A stretch of 64,000 bases of DNA from Antedon mediterranea (taxonomy: Eukaryota; Animalia; Echinodermata). Below the pieces are notes generated by a model, which saw only the letters and a program-made list of their open reading frames with translations, did not search any database and was not told the origin of the DNA. The translations under genes were made by a program, and so were the position numbers. The first letter of the stretch is position 1; each line of letters opens with the position of its first letter. Positions 1 through 14,700 of the stretch are shown here, in pieces. Location of the stretch: NCBI RefSeq assembly GCF_964355755.1, contig NC_092680.1, positions 62,001 to 126,000 on the forward strand, read 5' to 3'.

Positions 1-356
1 AATATTTATTTGACAATAATGTAAAATATACATAGATGAATTGGTCAGGGACTTCTAAAGTAACTAGATTACTATAAGTGTCAGCAGTCCCATGATCTTA
101 ACTAAAACAAATTTATCATAAACAATACTCATATTATTAAACGGCAATTATCACCAAGTGAGGCCAATCTTCATTTGTCTTGCAGCTGAGGCCTAGTCTG
201 ACTTACATCAACTCATAAACATTTATTGTCTAACTGTAGGCTATAGTCAATTATAGGACTTTGACCTAAATGTGCGTCTTGTTATCAAACTACATCCTAT
301 CTATCTGATAATAGATTATTTGAAAAAAATCATGTATAATTTAATTTGTTCATATG

Positions 357-499
357 TAAAACCTTGAAGAAACCCATCTTGAAAAGAAGCCTTCCTCTAG
401 CTTTGATCTGCAATAGTAATCTTGAAAAAGAAACCCATCTGGAAAATGAAGCCCACCCAAGAGTACTAAAAAAAGAAGCCCATGGCCTTCAAGGTTTTA
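357..499. mobile_element. Small MITE-like element with 13-bp terminal inverted repeats
   Basis: taaaaccttgaag (357-369) is the exact reverse complement of cttcaaggtttta (487-499). Related ggcttcttttc(a/g)aggttttat sequence recurs near 46884. Confidence 0.5.
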
Positions 500-1409
500 T
501 GGTACATTATGTCTATGGAGCTTTGTATTGCACGCAAGGTGGGTCACTTCTTTTCAAGGTTTTATGGTACATTATGTCTATGGAGCTTTGTATTGCACAC
601 AAGGTGGGTCACTTCTTTTCAAGGTTTTATGGTACATTATGTCTATGGAGCTTTGTATTGGACGCAAGGTGGGTCACTTCTTTTCAAGGTTTTATGGTAC
701 ATTATGTCTATGGAACTTTGTATTGCACACAAGGTGGGTCACTTCTTTTCAAGGTTTTATGGTACATTATGTCTATGGAGCTTTGTATTGCACACAAGGT
801 GGGTCACTTCTTTTCAAGGTTTTATGGTACATTATGTCTATGGAGCTTTGTATTGCACACAAGGTGGGTCACTTCTTTTCAAGGTTTTATGGTACATTAT
901 GTCTATGGAGCTTTGTATTGCACGCAAGGTGTTTCACTTCTTTTCAAGGTTTTATGGTACATTATGTCTATGGAGCTTTGTATTGCACACAAGGTGGGTC
1001 ACTTCTTTTCAAGGTTTTATGGTACATTATGTCTATGGAGCTTTGTATTGCACGCAAGGTGGGTCACTTCTTTTCAAGGTTTTATGGTACATTATGTCTA
1101 TGGAGCTTTGTATTGCTTGCAAGCAAGGTGGGTCACTTCTTTTCAAGGTTTTATGGTACATTATGTCTACGGAGCTTTGTATTGCACGTAAGGTGGGTCA
1201 CTTCTTTTCAAGGTTTTATGGTACATTATGTCTATGGAGCTTTGTATTGCACGCAAGGTGGGTCACTTCTTTTCAAGGTTTTATGGTACATTATGTCTAT
1301 GGAGCTTTGTATTGCAAGCAAGGTGGGTCACTTCTTTTCAAGGTTTTATGGTACATTATGTCTATGGAGCTTTGTATTGCACGCAAGGTGGGTCACTTCT
1401 TTTCAAGGT
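487..1409. repeat. Tandem array, 65-bp unit, ~14 copies
   Basis: aaggttttatggtacattatgtctatggagctttgtattgcacgcaaggtgggtcacttcttttc recurs at 491, 556, 621 and onward. Confidence 0.95.
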
Positions 1410-1635
1410 GAATCAATTTACTAATGCATGGTCTTGTTACAAATTAAAGTGTTTGGATGGTAGGTATGCATTCATATCCTAAGTTTGTACCACCTTTGGG
1501 GTTTCACAATAAATGAATCGTCAGTGTAGTAAGACTAAGAGGTGGCTTTGTTGCACTAACCTTTTCCCTGAGTTTACAGAGTTGACGTCAATGATACAAA
1601 AGTAACCCACAGGCTTATGCTTTCTGAAGAGGCCC

Positions 1636-2017
1636 TGTTACAACCGCTAATGAAGAAAACGCCAGCTAATGTCGAAACAACCGTTAATGTAGAACAACCC
1701 ACTTTCAGAGGAAAGACTGATAGCTAAGTAAAGATCGATGCATTTGCACATGATTGAGACATTTTTACAAAATATATAACATTTTCTACATTAGCTGGCG
1801 ATAGTAACTACTGTACATAAGCTGGGAGGCAATTTTCGTTACTACATAAGCTGTTGACCGTTTCTACATTAGCTGGTGTTGATTTTTATTTACTACATAA
1901 GCTTTTGGTGTTTCTACATAAGCTGGAGGTTTTACTACATAAGCGCCGCGGTGGGTTGTTCTACATTAACGGTTGTTTCAACATTAGTTGGCGTTTTCTA
2001 CATTAACGGTTGTAACA
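1636..2017. mobile_element. Non-autonomous foldback DNA transposon (TGTTA...TAACA ends, ~65-bp TIRs, 5-bp TSD)
   Basis: TIR tgttacaaccgctaatg... pairs with ...cattaacggttgtaaca. Flanking direct repeat ggccc at 1631-1635 and 2018-2022. Internal tacat(t/a)agct subrepeats. Confidence 0.8.
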
Positions 2018-4747
2018 GGCCCTAATACCGTTTGTCTAATAGGAAGGCCATGCTAATCAAATACTTACAAATAAATATTTCATGTTTGTTAGGCAGTTGT
2101 TTTGTACATATACGATGCATCTAAATTAATTTAAATTGACTAGTTTTTAAATGTTAGCATTATAATGTGGTTATTTTAAGGTTCAATAAAAAACGTTTAA
2201 CCCAGAAATAATAATTTAAGTCTTTAGTTTACATCAGACCAACTTCTGTAATATGCTGCTGGGGATCATTGTTGCATTCAAATGAAATTAAAGAATTTCA
2301 ATGTTAAAATAATAAATAGAAAAAAAAATAATATCTCTAATTATAATAATCTCTAAAAATTGAAACTGTTGAATATTGTACAATGGGAAATGTTGCTGTA
2401 GAGTTTGTCAATAACTCTAACTGTATGTTCTGTGGTAATAAGTAAATGAGTGTCTGTAATAAATTGAATATTAAAAGTTTAAAATTCGAATTATCAAACA
2501 AAAATATCAAATAATTTTATTCGTTAAATAGGGTTGACAATTTTCATATTTGCTCTTTCTCTTTCAACTCATGACAATATTCTTTCATTCAAATCACATT
2601 ATTTCTACAATTTCTAACTATATTTTAGTCTTTCCCAAGTACAGTTTGATAACACAGTCTGTATTACTATTCATGCCCTTTCCTAACATAGGTTATACTA
2701 GTAGTAATACCTACTTTCACTGTTCAACATGTTCGTAATACAAATTATACAAATGTTAAAAATAATTTACCTTAAACAATTACCTGTACATGGTTACTTT
2801 CTATGACGCATAATTTATAAGTGAGCGATCAATAAGTAAAAGTGTGTACATGTAATACAGATAATAACATGTGTCTTTACATTTTAATTATGAAGATGCA
2901 CAATACAATGTTCATTCAAATCATCTACCAATCAGATGTAGCCAGGTAAGTGTTAGGGATTGTCTTAATAATTTTTCATACATTGTATGTACCTGTACAT
3001 TACATTGTGTAATTTCTCTTTTTCTTTGTTTACTTTCTAATCTCAGTATTATTTGTATTAAAGGTCAGACACTGCATTATGTTTGTTTTGTCATGTTTTT
3101 ATTAATAACTGCAGTATCTGAATTTATATTATGATTATTAAATTAAAACAATTTTATTAGTTATCCTTTGGAGAGTTAACTCCGTGTGCTTCTATGGAAT
3201 CATCTTTTTTTTCTTATAGTTACGCACTTGGTGAATACAGCTAACCTTTTATTGCATGAAATCATCTTTTTTTTTGCTTTTCAATATTATTCTTTCATTC
3301 TGTCCCTTTTTTGTTGGTCGCATTTCTCTAAACTGTGCACCTCCTATGTTTTAATGATGTTTTGCAAGGTGATTTACGCACAATTTCATGAATTTCAATG
3401 ATATTATTAAAAACTAAAAGTTTTATTGACAATTTAATTCATATCAAGGATCAACTTTCTGTGGAGTAAAAATGGCGTGTTTCATAAAAAGTTGGAGCAC
3501 ACATTTATTTTAAAATGAGCAAAATTAATTTTAAAAAATCAACTTTCTATACGGACATTTGAGCATTTCCAAATGTTGCTTTGCGCACAACATGTAAATA
3601 GAGTGAAACAACCAATATTTACAAATTTTCATTTCTGTATACCTTCAGCTTCTGTGATACATTTTATTTATTTTTATGAACTTTAATTGTGAAATAATGA
3701 TGCAAATATGCATGTTATTGTTATTGCCAAAAAATGGATAATTAATGGAAATTTATGAAAAAAGAACATGCCTATTTTGAATCTATTTATTATAGCTTCT
3801 CAGGATGGATGGTGACCACTGTACAGTAAGGCCACCTAGTGAGTGCATATAGCTTATTTGAACCCTAATCTTTCTCATATTTTAATATTTTCTTGTTCAA
3901 TCAAAATTATTTTTCGTAGGAGGAGTTACATCTTTGTATGTGTACATTTTCTTATGTATGTGCACATGATGTTTGTAGAGCAGATAATTAACTTGTCAAA
4001 GTGAGTTCAAGTCTAGTTTAAAATTGTTTTGCTATCTAATCACTAATTTTGATTTTTTTCAGCCCAAAACCCTTTAAAAAGAATGGAGGAAATGATTCAC
4101 ATTTTACACCTGTCTGATTGAACAGAGTGCAAATCAAGAATTAGTAGGTATAACCAAAATATTGGAATATTCAGAATTGTTGGTAGTGAACAGTATGCAA
4201 ACTTGTAATAGGCCTACCTATTTTGTATATCAAATAAAATGTGTTTAACATGATCCACTAACCTAGTTTTATAGAGATCCGCCCCTGCTTGTATTTGGCT
4301 TCTTTCTCGATGAGTGAGGTAGGCTAGGTATTGTTTTGTTTTATTGTTAACTGATCTTGTGTTCTTATGGACGAAGATAGGTCAAGGAAGGTTTTGTAAA
4401 TTGTACATGATCATTCATCCATTTTAGAGTAGCCCTATGGCCTAGGCGTGAAGCCGATGGATCAGTGGTTTGTAATATACTACAAACTACTGTGTACTAC
4501 TAGCATATGCCTAGCCTAGGCCTATATTTATAGTTATATATACAGTAGTAGATAGTAGGCCTAAGGCCTAGGCCTAGGTACGGTAGGATTGAATGGTACT
4601 GCTGCTGTCTGCGCTGCCATGGTTGGTATGATGGATTATTATTCACTTTGAGTATCATCAGGAGTAGTTGCACAAACACATCCACCAGTCTAGATTACCC
4701 ATCTAAAGGCAAAAGCTTACGCAACAAAGATATTAAATCTTACTTAC

Positions 4748-4830
4748 CTCCATATTATTATTAATATTAGGTTGGTTAAGTTGTGTGTGTGACTCTCTCG
4801 ATGGTGGAGGTGGTGATCGTGTCGCGGAAG
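4748..4830 (-). other. Possible first exon (5'UTR + ATG GAG) of an unidentified minus-strand gene running off the left of the window
   Basis: Minus strand reads ATG GAG|gtaagta (ATG at 4753) next to a CpG-richer region with a CGGAAG ETS-like motif (~4825). A possible further exon at 1561-1623 reads KHKPVGYFCIIDVNSVNSGK between ttcag and gttagt. No homology recognised. Confidence 0.25.
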
Positions 4831-6537
4831 TTTTTCGAATAATGACCGCGTATTGGACACTTCCATTGTGTTTAAAGGGTGTGCTCGCTCAATGGAAAAG
4901 ACACGTGTGAAACACGTTGATCGCGACATCAGAATATTTTAGTACGAATAAAGAAATATAAAACACACAATTAAGTATAATTTGGATAGTTACTCCGTGG
5001 AGTGATCAAATAAATATACGTCCATTCATAAAATCATTTTCTTATTGTAAATAAAAGAAATCCAATTCGGAGTATAGCTCCATGGTATACGCCTAAAGTG
5101 ACCCGGGTCTCCAGTTAGTCCGATTAGGCCTACTCCACAATATCATTCTATGAACTTGTTTATATTGACTTGTTTTATCGATTTTGTGAAAATGTAGGCC
5201 GTAAAACATGTTTTTGGTTAAGTTAGTTCTTAAATGTTCTTGTTACTTTAATGGATAATTTTTTGTTAACTCTATTTTTAACAGTTGACATGACCGCATA
5301 GGCCTATGCATGTTGTCGGAACGATTGATAGAAAAAGAGATCAAGGCTATAGAATACTGCAGATACTTATCATAAGTAGGCTTTTCACAGCCTTTAGAAA
5401 TCGGGTGGAGGGCGTTGGTGACATTTATAGGGTTAACTCTATAGCCTAATTCAATTAAAAATTGTATTGTTTCAACAACCGTTTTAACTAACTTAACAGA
5501 AAGCACATCCAGTATAGCTTTCCGGTATGCGATCTTACAACAGTGTGTAAAGAACATGCAACAAAGTACGCGGCATTGCTTAGAACTTTACTTCCGCCTT
5601 TAATTATTTTTACAATAATATATCAATCGTACTTACAGACAGATTTTCAGATATTACAGTCATAGGAATGTTGAATGACGAGTACCTTATAACCCTAACA
5701 AATCAGAAAGGTAATAAACGAAAGTATATAGTGCTCGTGTTAAGACGGCTACCTCGCCCTGGAACAAAACCCCACACCTAATATAACGAGGTTGACTGTC
5801 ACTCGTTAATACAAAATGTATACCCTATTAGGAGATCATAAATCGTTAGCTCCATGGTCATCCTACACAAACACATGCAATAACCCTGAGACAGACCGAT
5901 AAAGGGAAACCCATTGACACAAACGTTTCTTTCTTGGTACTGTTGATTCGAAAGAATTTATTTTGTGACAAATGTTCACAAAAAAGCTGAACCGGAAGAG
6001 GCCTAATTGATCAAGGTTATAATAACTCAAGTACTGGACACTTTTTATATGTCCATTATCATAATAAAATAACAATAGAAATTCATATTAAATATTGGCA
6101 AATATTAGTACGATAAAAAAAACAAATAAATATAAAATATAAAAATTAAAACAACTTAATTTATGTTTAGGTTAAAATACAAACAATGCAATTACAATAT
6201 TCAAAATTGATAAAAACTTCCATTTATACATAGTCTGAATTACAGAATTTAATCGACTGTGAAGTGATAATAGTATGGATGGCATTTGCAACAAAAGCAT
6301 ATTGTCCTGTTACTGTATTAGTTCCAATAAACTACTGTATAACAAATGTTTATAGGGCCTACTACTCATTGTAAACATAGCAGTTAATGTTGATCGAACT
6401 TTTACGTCAAAATTGGAAGTCGAGTGGCGTTTTGTGTAAGAATGTCTTGTTTCAAATAAAACAAATTCTTCCAGACTTTAAAGTACGTCAGAATCAACAT
6501 TGAGTTCTAATACTAATTGTTTTTTAGATTATTGAAG

Positions 6538-6687
6538 GTTAATGGCTCCCCTGGGTCAAGAGTATTTTCACAATCAATGTTCCCCTTACCATACCCATGC
6601 TATACTTGATGGTTAATGGCTCCCGGTCAAGAGTATTTTCACAATCAATGTTCCCCTTACCATACCCATGCTATACTTGAAGGTTAA
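6538..6687. repeat. Direct duplication, ~72-bp unit, 2 copies
   Basis: ggttaatggctccc...gtcaagagtattttcacaatcaatgttccccttaccatacccatgctatacttga occurs twice in tandem. Confidence 0.9.
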
Positions 6688-7606
6688 TTTAGCATACAAC
6701 TTAATATTCAGAGGAGAATAGAATGAATTTGTGACTTTTAGCCCCTATCTCCCCTACTTGTGAAAAGAATACATGAAAACTAAGATCAACAAAATAATTT
6801 ATTCTATGTTTAGACTACGACGTGGTACTCATGAATTGTTTTTTTTTAAATTATCATATCATTTTTGCAAGCATTTTTGTCTAATTTCAATTTAAAATGA
6901 AAACAAAACTGATTATAGTTTGATGTCATTCTGCCCTGGCGGCGTTCAAACAGGAAATCAATTTGTGGTGGTATACAAAAAGGAAGAACTGGCTTTATAT
7001 AATGGCTGATTATATAATTATTGTGTTGCTCTATGAACAGAACAACTCCTTTGTTCTGGAAACGTGAGGTACGGAACAAAGGCCTAGATATCTATAAATG
7101 ATTTAAATAATTATTGAAATATCAGACGCTCAATTGAGAGCTCATTATCAATTATTCGTGTACTTCATTAAATATTCACAATATTGAATAAGGAAAAAAC
7201 ATCATAAATGTTACTTATAATTTGCTTTGGCCTCTTCTATGAGTTCTAAATAGTCTCTGGCTGTTATATACCCGGTCTGTATATTAGTAATATTGGTAAC
7301 AGCGGCAAAAGTCATGACTTTCGGGTAAGAAAACAACAAATGTGGATCGTTTCGAATTCTATGGTATGATTCAATCATTATGAATGATATAGGAATAAAT
7401 ATAAGAAAATAGCAATTGAAAATACGGGTTTCTGTTGTGTTGTAACATGGAGGAAGGGTTGTAATTACTTGTCGGATTATTATTATTATCCGCCAGAGAC
7501 CGGAAGTTTACCAGCCATGGTCGGCTTAAATGTACAGTCCAATAGTGTGACAATGCCCAGTCCGAGTTTACAAATACCCATTTGTTCAGCCTTAATCATA
7601 GAGGAA

Positions 7607-7635
7607 CCATAGAGATATTAATAATATCTCTATGG
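7607..7635. mobile_element. 29-bp palindromic micro-insertion with 5-bp TSD
   Basis: aggaa|ccatagagatattaataatatctctatgg|aggaa. Confidence 0.6.
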
Positions 7636-8390
7636 AGGAACTAAGTAACGAATGTTTCCTAATGCCGCCATTCCCTTGAATAATATATCCATGGTGCTAC
7701 GGTTACAGTTTTTTTATAATTATGCTTTTATTATCATTTACAAATGTACTCCGACAATCAGGTCAACTACCCTGTATCACAATTCTCCCTGCTCCAGCTA
7801 TTAACATTTCTGGTGGTTTCTTGCTGTCCCTAGTTACTCTTTACTATAACCCACATCCTTAACCAGCCACTGTTTCCTCATCATTAAGGAATGTTCCCTT
7901 TTCCAAATCCCCATGCATATTAATTAGGACTGAACTGGCAAGTAGGAAAAAAAAGAATTAGTTAGTTTGGTACAGGATACAATTAGAAAGAATGCAATTT
8001 AATATAGAAGTAGAATTGATTGTTATTGTTGTGCAGCCAGAAGCGGATAAGAGGACACATACAAACCCCCACGTCAGTATACATAAGGTCTACACATTGA
8101 TTAAATAGATGGCTCCTAGGAGCATTGCGTATAATGTATGATATTACATTCACTCGATATGTTACATATACCATAAATAATATTTATTTTGAAATTTGCA
8201 ATATCCCTGATAAGAATGTCAAAAAAAAAAAAAAAAAACATATTTGTCAGTTATAAAGATTTTATTTGTTTTAAATCAATCAAAAATTGGTTTTGAATAA
8301 CAGTTTAAAAATATTGTAAAACAACGTCTAAATAAATGATATACATATTCCAATGTTTATTTTGTTATACAACAGGAATCTACAGTAAAA

Positions 8391-8422
8391 TCATAGTTAA
8401 CTATTATAAAAAATCTCTATGA
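8391..8422. mobile_element. 32-bp micro-insertion with TCATAG/CTATGA ends and 5-bp TSD
   Basis: taaaa|tcatagttaactattataaaaaatctctatga|taaaa. Confidence 0.4.
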
Positions 8423-8761
8423 TAAAACTTTTAATACATAACACACATTTTTTTGGATAGAAAACTAATTTTTCTTTCTGTGTCTTATTTCAGCTGAAAC
8501 AGACAAACATTTACTTTTACAATTAGAGAATACAATATCACTTGTGTTATATGTTCTCCTTTAAAAACTGTATGTAAATGTTTATTATATATTGACATGC
8601 ATATTCTAATTAAATGCCTAAAGTTGTAACACATTTGTAAAATCTCATTTGGTCCTTATTCTTTTTTTTTTATTTGAAAAAAATAAAAATAACAAAAGAA
8701 CAGTAAAATAAATTGTTTTTCAGAAATATTTGGCAAGGTTTTTTTTAAACTTTTTATTTTT

Positions 8762-11700
8762 CTATTTTTTCCTTTCTTGTAGTTTTTTAATTTCAGACTG
8801 TAGAGAGCTGACCTTTGACCTTTCTTGTTCTAGAAAAACATGCAGCTGGCAGACCTGAATTGAGGAAAACAGATATGCATTTAACAAATACATATATATA
8901 TATGATGTTTGTTTGAATTATGTATTAGAAAAATTATAATAGCTGTTAAAAAAGAAAAGAGTTTAACGTAATGTTTAATGCTGTCGGAGTGCACAGCGTA
9001 ACTTTGTTTAATGCCGTCAGAGTGCACAGCGTTAATGTCGTTTGTTGTTCGGATAACTAACTCGTCAAAGTGACGAGTTTAAATCTTGTCTAAAATTATA
9101 ATTTGAAAAAAGGTTCACAATGTGGGTGTCTGAAAAATAAAAACATTTGATTAAAGTAAGTTGAGTTTACTGTACAACAGTACTAGATATAAATATCTTG
9201 GAAAAGTGAACTTTCGGGAGAACTGCTATGACTACATAGCCAAGAGAGGGCACTATAAACACTAAATACATACATCAACCTATAGAGTGCGACATTAAAA
9301 GAATCTTGGGCATCTGTAATTTTAGTAGAAAAAGGGACTTGCATTGGCAAAGGCTGAAAATGTTTTAAGGAAATATATTGATTGTTAAACTAGGGCCTAG
9401 TAGTAGAGCCTAAATAATAAATACATTGTCTTGTTACACTAGGGCCTACAGTAATAGTAAAGCCTAAATAATAAATGCATTGATTGTCTTGTTAAACTAG
9501 GGCCTACAGTAATAGTAAAGCCTAAATAATAAATGCATTGATTGTCTTGTTAAACTAGGGCCTAGTAGTAAGGAAATGCATTGATTGTTGAACTAGGGCC
9601 TAGTAGTAGAGCCTAAATAATAAATGCATTGATTGTCTTGTTACACTAGGGCCTACAGTAATAGTAAAGCCTAAATAATAAATGCATTGATTGTCTTGTT
9701 AAACTAGGGCCTAGTAGTAAGGAAATGCATTGATTGTTGAACTAGGGCCTAGTAGTAGAGCCTAAATAATAAATGCATTGATTGTCTTGTTAAACTAGGG
9801 CCTAGTAGTAAGGAAATGCATTGATTGTTGAACTAGGGCCTACAGTAATAGTAAAGCCTAAATAATAAATGCATTGATTGTCTCGTTAAACTAGGGCCTA
9901 GTAGTAAGGAAATGCATTGATTGTTGAACTAGGTCCTAGTAGTAGAGCGTAAATAATAAATGCATTGATTGTCTTGTTAAACTAGGGCCTACAGTAATAG
10001 TAAAGCCTAAATAATAAATGCATTGATTGTCTTGTTAAACTAGGGCCTAGTAGTAAGGAAATGTATTGATTGTTGAACTAGGTCCTAGTAGTAGAGCCTA
10101 AATAATAAATGTATGCATTATCAGGATAGATGAGATCAATCAACCAATCAATCAATCAATAGATGAGTCCAATGTATAATCTCCTGTCTGTTCATCTTCA
10201 ATTGCAGGTTTTACAATTTTATTCTATTATCCATATTATACATGAAAGGTGCACCACTCAACTTACTCATTCAATAGTTTAATACCTGTAGTATTAAAGG
10301 GTTTTGTTAAAACTATTTCATTTCAAATACTATGCAAAGCATACCTCTTCTGTTAGTTCATCTTTTACTGTTGTTAGTTCTTCAACTTGTTTTAGAACGT
10401 CAGCTTTGTCTTTCACTAAACAGAAAATAGGTAACAAAACAAATTAAAACTTGAAATATACTGTAGTGGATTGGGAAACATTAGCCTGGTTAATTTTTAA
10501 AATTTGATTGTTTTATTTCTCCAGGAATACTCAACACTGTGGTCTAGTAATTGTTTTAAAATTCAATTAATTAAAATTCTGTAAAATTTAATTTAGATGG
10601 TATGCAATTCAAAAATACTAAATATAACTACAGACAGATTATGTCACCATTTCAAACTTTTGGTGCAAAGTGTATGTGAAAATTATTATATACCGTATTT
10701 TGAAACATTTTTTATTTAAAAATATATCGTGTTGTGTTGCATATAAACATTTATTTAAATCGGTACAAATGTAATCGGAATCAATAGGGCTTTTAATGTG
10801 GATTCGTTCCTGCTGGCAAGAACATTTTTAAATCTTGCTTAACAGAAACATGGCCACAGTGATTTAGATACTCACTTTCTCCCTGAGCTAAGATAAAGCA
10901 TAACTGTTTATTTCTCTTCTTTACTTGTGTGAGTTCCTCCTGTTAATATTATGTATTGTTATTCATCATGCAACAATGTAATGTATCAGAGTGAAATCAA
11001 TTGTTTTATTATTTATATATATATAATTATTATATATTTAGGAAAATTTCCGAAGATAACAATGAGAATTCATTCACTATCCTTCTTAAAGGTGGCAATC
11101 CTGTTCACAAGACAAATATATACACAACATGCTCTTATATCTTTGGGATTGGAGTTGTAATTTGTCATTAGAAAAAAAAAATTCTGACATGAATTGAACC
11201 CAGTACCCTAGGATTGGTAGCCAAACATCCTAACCACCAATCACACCACTTATTATTAATATAAGAACTGTTTTTAGAGGCTAAAGAAGGCACTTTGTGG
11301 TAGGCCCATGGCAAAATGAAGGTATGAGAGGATGAATCAGATAATTTTGTGTAGGTAAATAAAAATATTGTCATCAATTGTTCTCTGTTCAAAAGTTCTG
11401 TTGTTCAAACTTACTTTTAGTTTTTCCATTCCATTTTCTAGATCTAATAGCTCCTGTTCTTTCTTCTCCATATTATCTTCGTATTGCAGCCGTCTAGCAT
11501 TATCTGACAGTTTTTTCTGTATTTAATCAAAGTCAATGGAATTAGTTTAAGGTCATTCAACATTACTGACCTGTTCCAAAAATGTATATCTACATATTAC
11601 ATGAAATGCTATCACACAATTATTTATTACATTGTAGCAGCAAAGGGCCTTATGTTGCAATGCTTATTATTTATTACATTGTAGCAGCAAAGGGCCTTAT

Positions 11701-14700
11701 GTTGCAATGCTTATTATTTATTACATTGTAGCACCAAAGGGCCTTATGTTGCAATGCTTATTATTTATTAAATTGTAGCACCAAAGGGCCTTATGTTGCA
11801 ATGCTTATTATTTATTACATTGTAGCAGCAAAGGGCCTTATGTTGCACTGCTTATTAATTATTACATTGTAGCACCAAAGGGCCTTATGTTGCAATGCTT
11901 ATTTATTACATTGTAGCACCAAACGGCCTTATGTTGCAATGCTTATTATTTATTACATTGTAGCACCAAAGGGCCTTATGTTGCAATGCTTATTATTTAT
12001 TACATTGTAGCACCAAAGGGCCTTATGTTGCAATACTTATTATTTATTACATTGTAGGACCAAAGGGCCTTATGTTGCAATGCTTATTATTTATTACATT
12101 GTAGCACCAAAGGGCCTTGTTGCAATGCTTATTATTTATTACATTGTAGCAGCAAAGGGCCTTATGTTGCACTGCTTATTATTTATTACATTGTAGCACC
12201 AAAGGGCCTTATGTTGCAATACTTATTATTTATTACATTGTAGGACCAAAGGGCCTTATGTTGCAATGCTTATTATTTATTACATTGTAGCACCAAAGGG
12301 CCTTGTTGCAATGCTTATTATTTATTACATTGTAGCAGCAAAGGGCCTTATGTTGCAATGCTTATTATTTATTACATTGTAGCACCAAAGGGCCTTATGT
12401 TGCAATACTTATTATTTATTACATTGTAGCAGCAAAGGGCCTTATGTTGCACTGCTTATTATTTATTACATTGTAGCACCAAAGGGCCTTATGTTGCAAT
12501 GCTTATTATTTATTACATTGTAGCAGCAAAGGGCCTTATGTTGCAATGCTTATTATTTATTACATTGTAGCACCAAAGGGCCTTATGTTGCAATAATTAT
12601 TATTTATTACATTGTAGCAGCAAAGGGCCTTATGTTGCACTGCTTATTATTTATTACATTGTAGCACCAAAGGGCCTTATGTTGCAATGCTTATTATTTA
12701 TTACATTGTAGCACCAAAGGGCCTTATGTTGCAATGCTTATTATTTATTACATTGTAGCAGCAAAGGGCCTTATGTTGCAATGCTTATTATTTATTACAT
12801 TGTAGCACCAAAGGGCCTTATGTTGCAATGCTTATTATTTATTACATTGTAGCACCAAAGGGCCTTATTTCATGGGGTTACTATTTTTGTTGCAAAGGTT
12901 TATATTTTATATTAAATCGAATGAAAGAAAAAACCTGGAGTTTAATGATCATACCCTATCATCGCAAGTTTAACCTGGAGTTTAATGATCATACCCTATC
13001 ATCGCAAGTTTAACCTGGAGTTTAATGATCATACCCTATCATCGCAAGTTTAACACCTCAGATTATGGTGAGGTTTTGTTATTTTGTTTAATGGACAGTA
13101 TTCTCCAGACGCTTTTTTAGTTTTTACGTCCAAGTGAGAACTGACAACACATCAATCCTAGGTCATTAGACAAACTAACCTCTTGACCTTTCTTCAATTT
13201 CTTAACATGTTCTTTATTCAAAATTCTGGTGGCATCTGCTTTAACTTTTTGAAAGAATAAGGGATCAGCTTCAACCTACACACAAAAACATTAAACAAAT
13301 TGACTATCATAAGCATTCACCGTGAGAGGAAACTAATATACAAATAATGAATGTTTATGAGTTGAAGATTGACTGACATATGTAACTTGGCACGTTAGAT
13401 ATAGCAGTCAATCTTTCAACTCATACAATATTCTCCACCATCCAACAAATACAAAACATTCATTATTTCTTTTGTAACAGGCCTACGTCAAAACATATTT
13501 CTAGGCCTAGTCCTAGCTGGCTTAATGTAGAGGCAGATTACCGATACAAAAAATCACCAGGCAACTGACACTCTTCTTTTTCAATGATTCCATTTCTTGT
13601 ATAATTGCAACTAAGCAAGTAGAGTCTAAATACAGTCAAAACCTTTTCACGATTATATTACAAAATCAATAATAACATTAAAATAATGTGGATTCATTAA
13701 TGACATTCACCTGAGATGGTAGATGGATCTTGTCAAGGTCAGTTGAACTCGGTTCAGGAGGTTTCTGAAATTCTTTTAGTGTCATAGCTTGAGGTTTCTT
13801 TTTAACTTTTTTATTTACTTGGGATTCTAAGCTGTCCTCTACATCTTTAACCTCTTCTAGAAACTATAAAAACAGTATCAATCTATTTATTACAAAAAAT
13901 GTTTTCAGCCATTTTTATGGCATTTATTACAAATAAATACAGTAATCATCAATTATTGTAATTCTGAAAAGTTAATGTTATGTTAAAGAAACAAAAATCA
14001 TTTACGGTAGTTTCAAGCAAATAGTCTAAATATTAACAATTTGTTATGAACGATTTTCATACACACAGAAAAATATGCAAGAAATTGGTGGCCACTGCTC
14101 TAGTATTTTGTTACTTAAATATGCATATTAAGAAATTGGTGGCCACTGCTCTAGTATTTTGTTACTTAAATATGCATATTAAGAAATTGGTGGCCACTGC
14201 TCTAGTATTTTGTTACTTAAATATGCATATTAAGAAATTGGTGGCCACTGCTCTAGTATTTTGTTACTTAAATATGCATATTAAGAAATTGGTGGCCACT
14301 GCTCTAGTATTTTGTTACTTAAATATGCATATTAAGAAATTGGTGGCCACTGCTCTAGTATTTTGTTACTTAAATATGCATATTAAGAAATTGGTGGCCA
14401 CTGCTCTAGTATTTTTTTCGGTAGGATTCATCATTGGTCATCAAAATTGATCATCGTGAACAATTGTCGCGTAGCATGCAAACCATTTATCGTATAGTGG
14501 TAAAATTAAAAAGTTAAGGTTTTTTGCACTAAATTGACCCAAAAAATTTGAAGAACAAAAGGTTTAACTAATTGGGTGATTTGACATGTAATGACCTGCC
14601 AGAAGATTCTGGACCATATTACATATTCGTTTTTGTTTGGTGTTTGTAAGCATACAAAAACTCCCTAGTAGTTTTCTGCATTTTTTGACCAGGGAATCAA

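Noticed and set aside
346-1482. Overlapping 281-309 aa ORFs in all three plus frames
   Set aside because: Products of a stop-free 65-bp tandem repeat cycling through the frames; no protein features.
7500-7612. CCGGAAGT motif followed by a short ATG-initiated frame
   Set aside because: Only ~31 codons, no splice donor or recognisable homology.
13357-13424. ~70-nt hairpin resembling a pre-miRNA
   Set aside because: It is the centre of a larger foldback element; no expression evidence.
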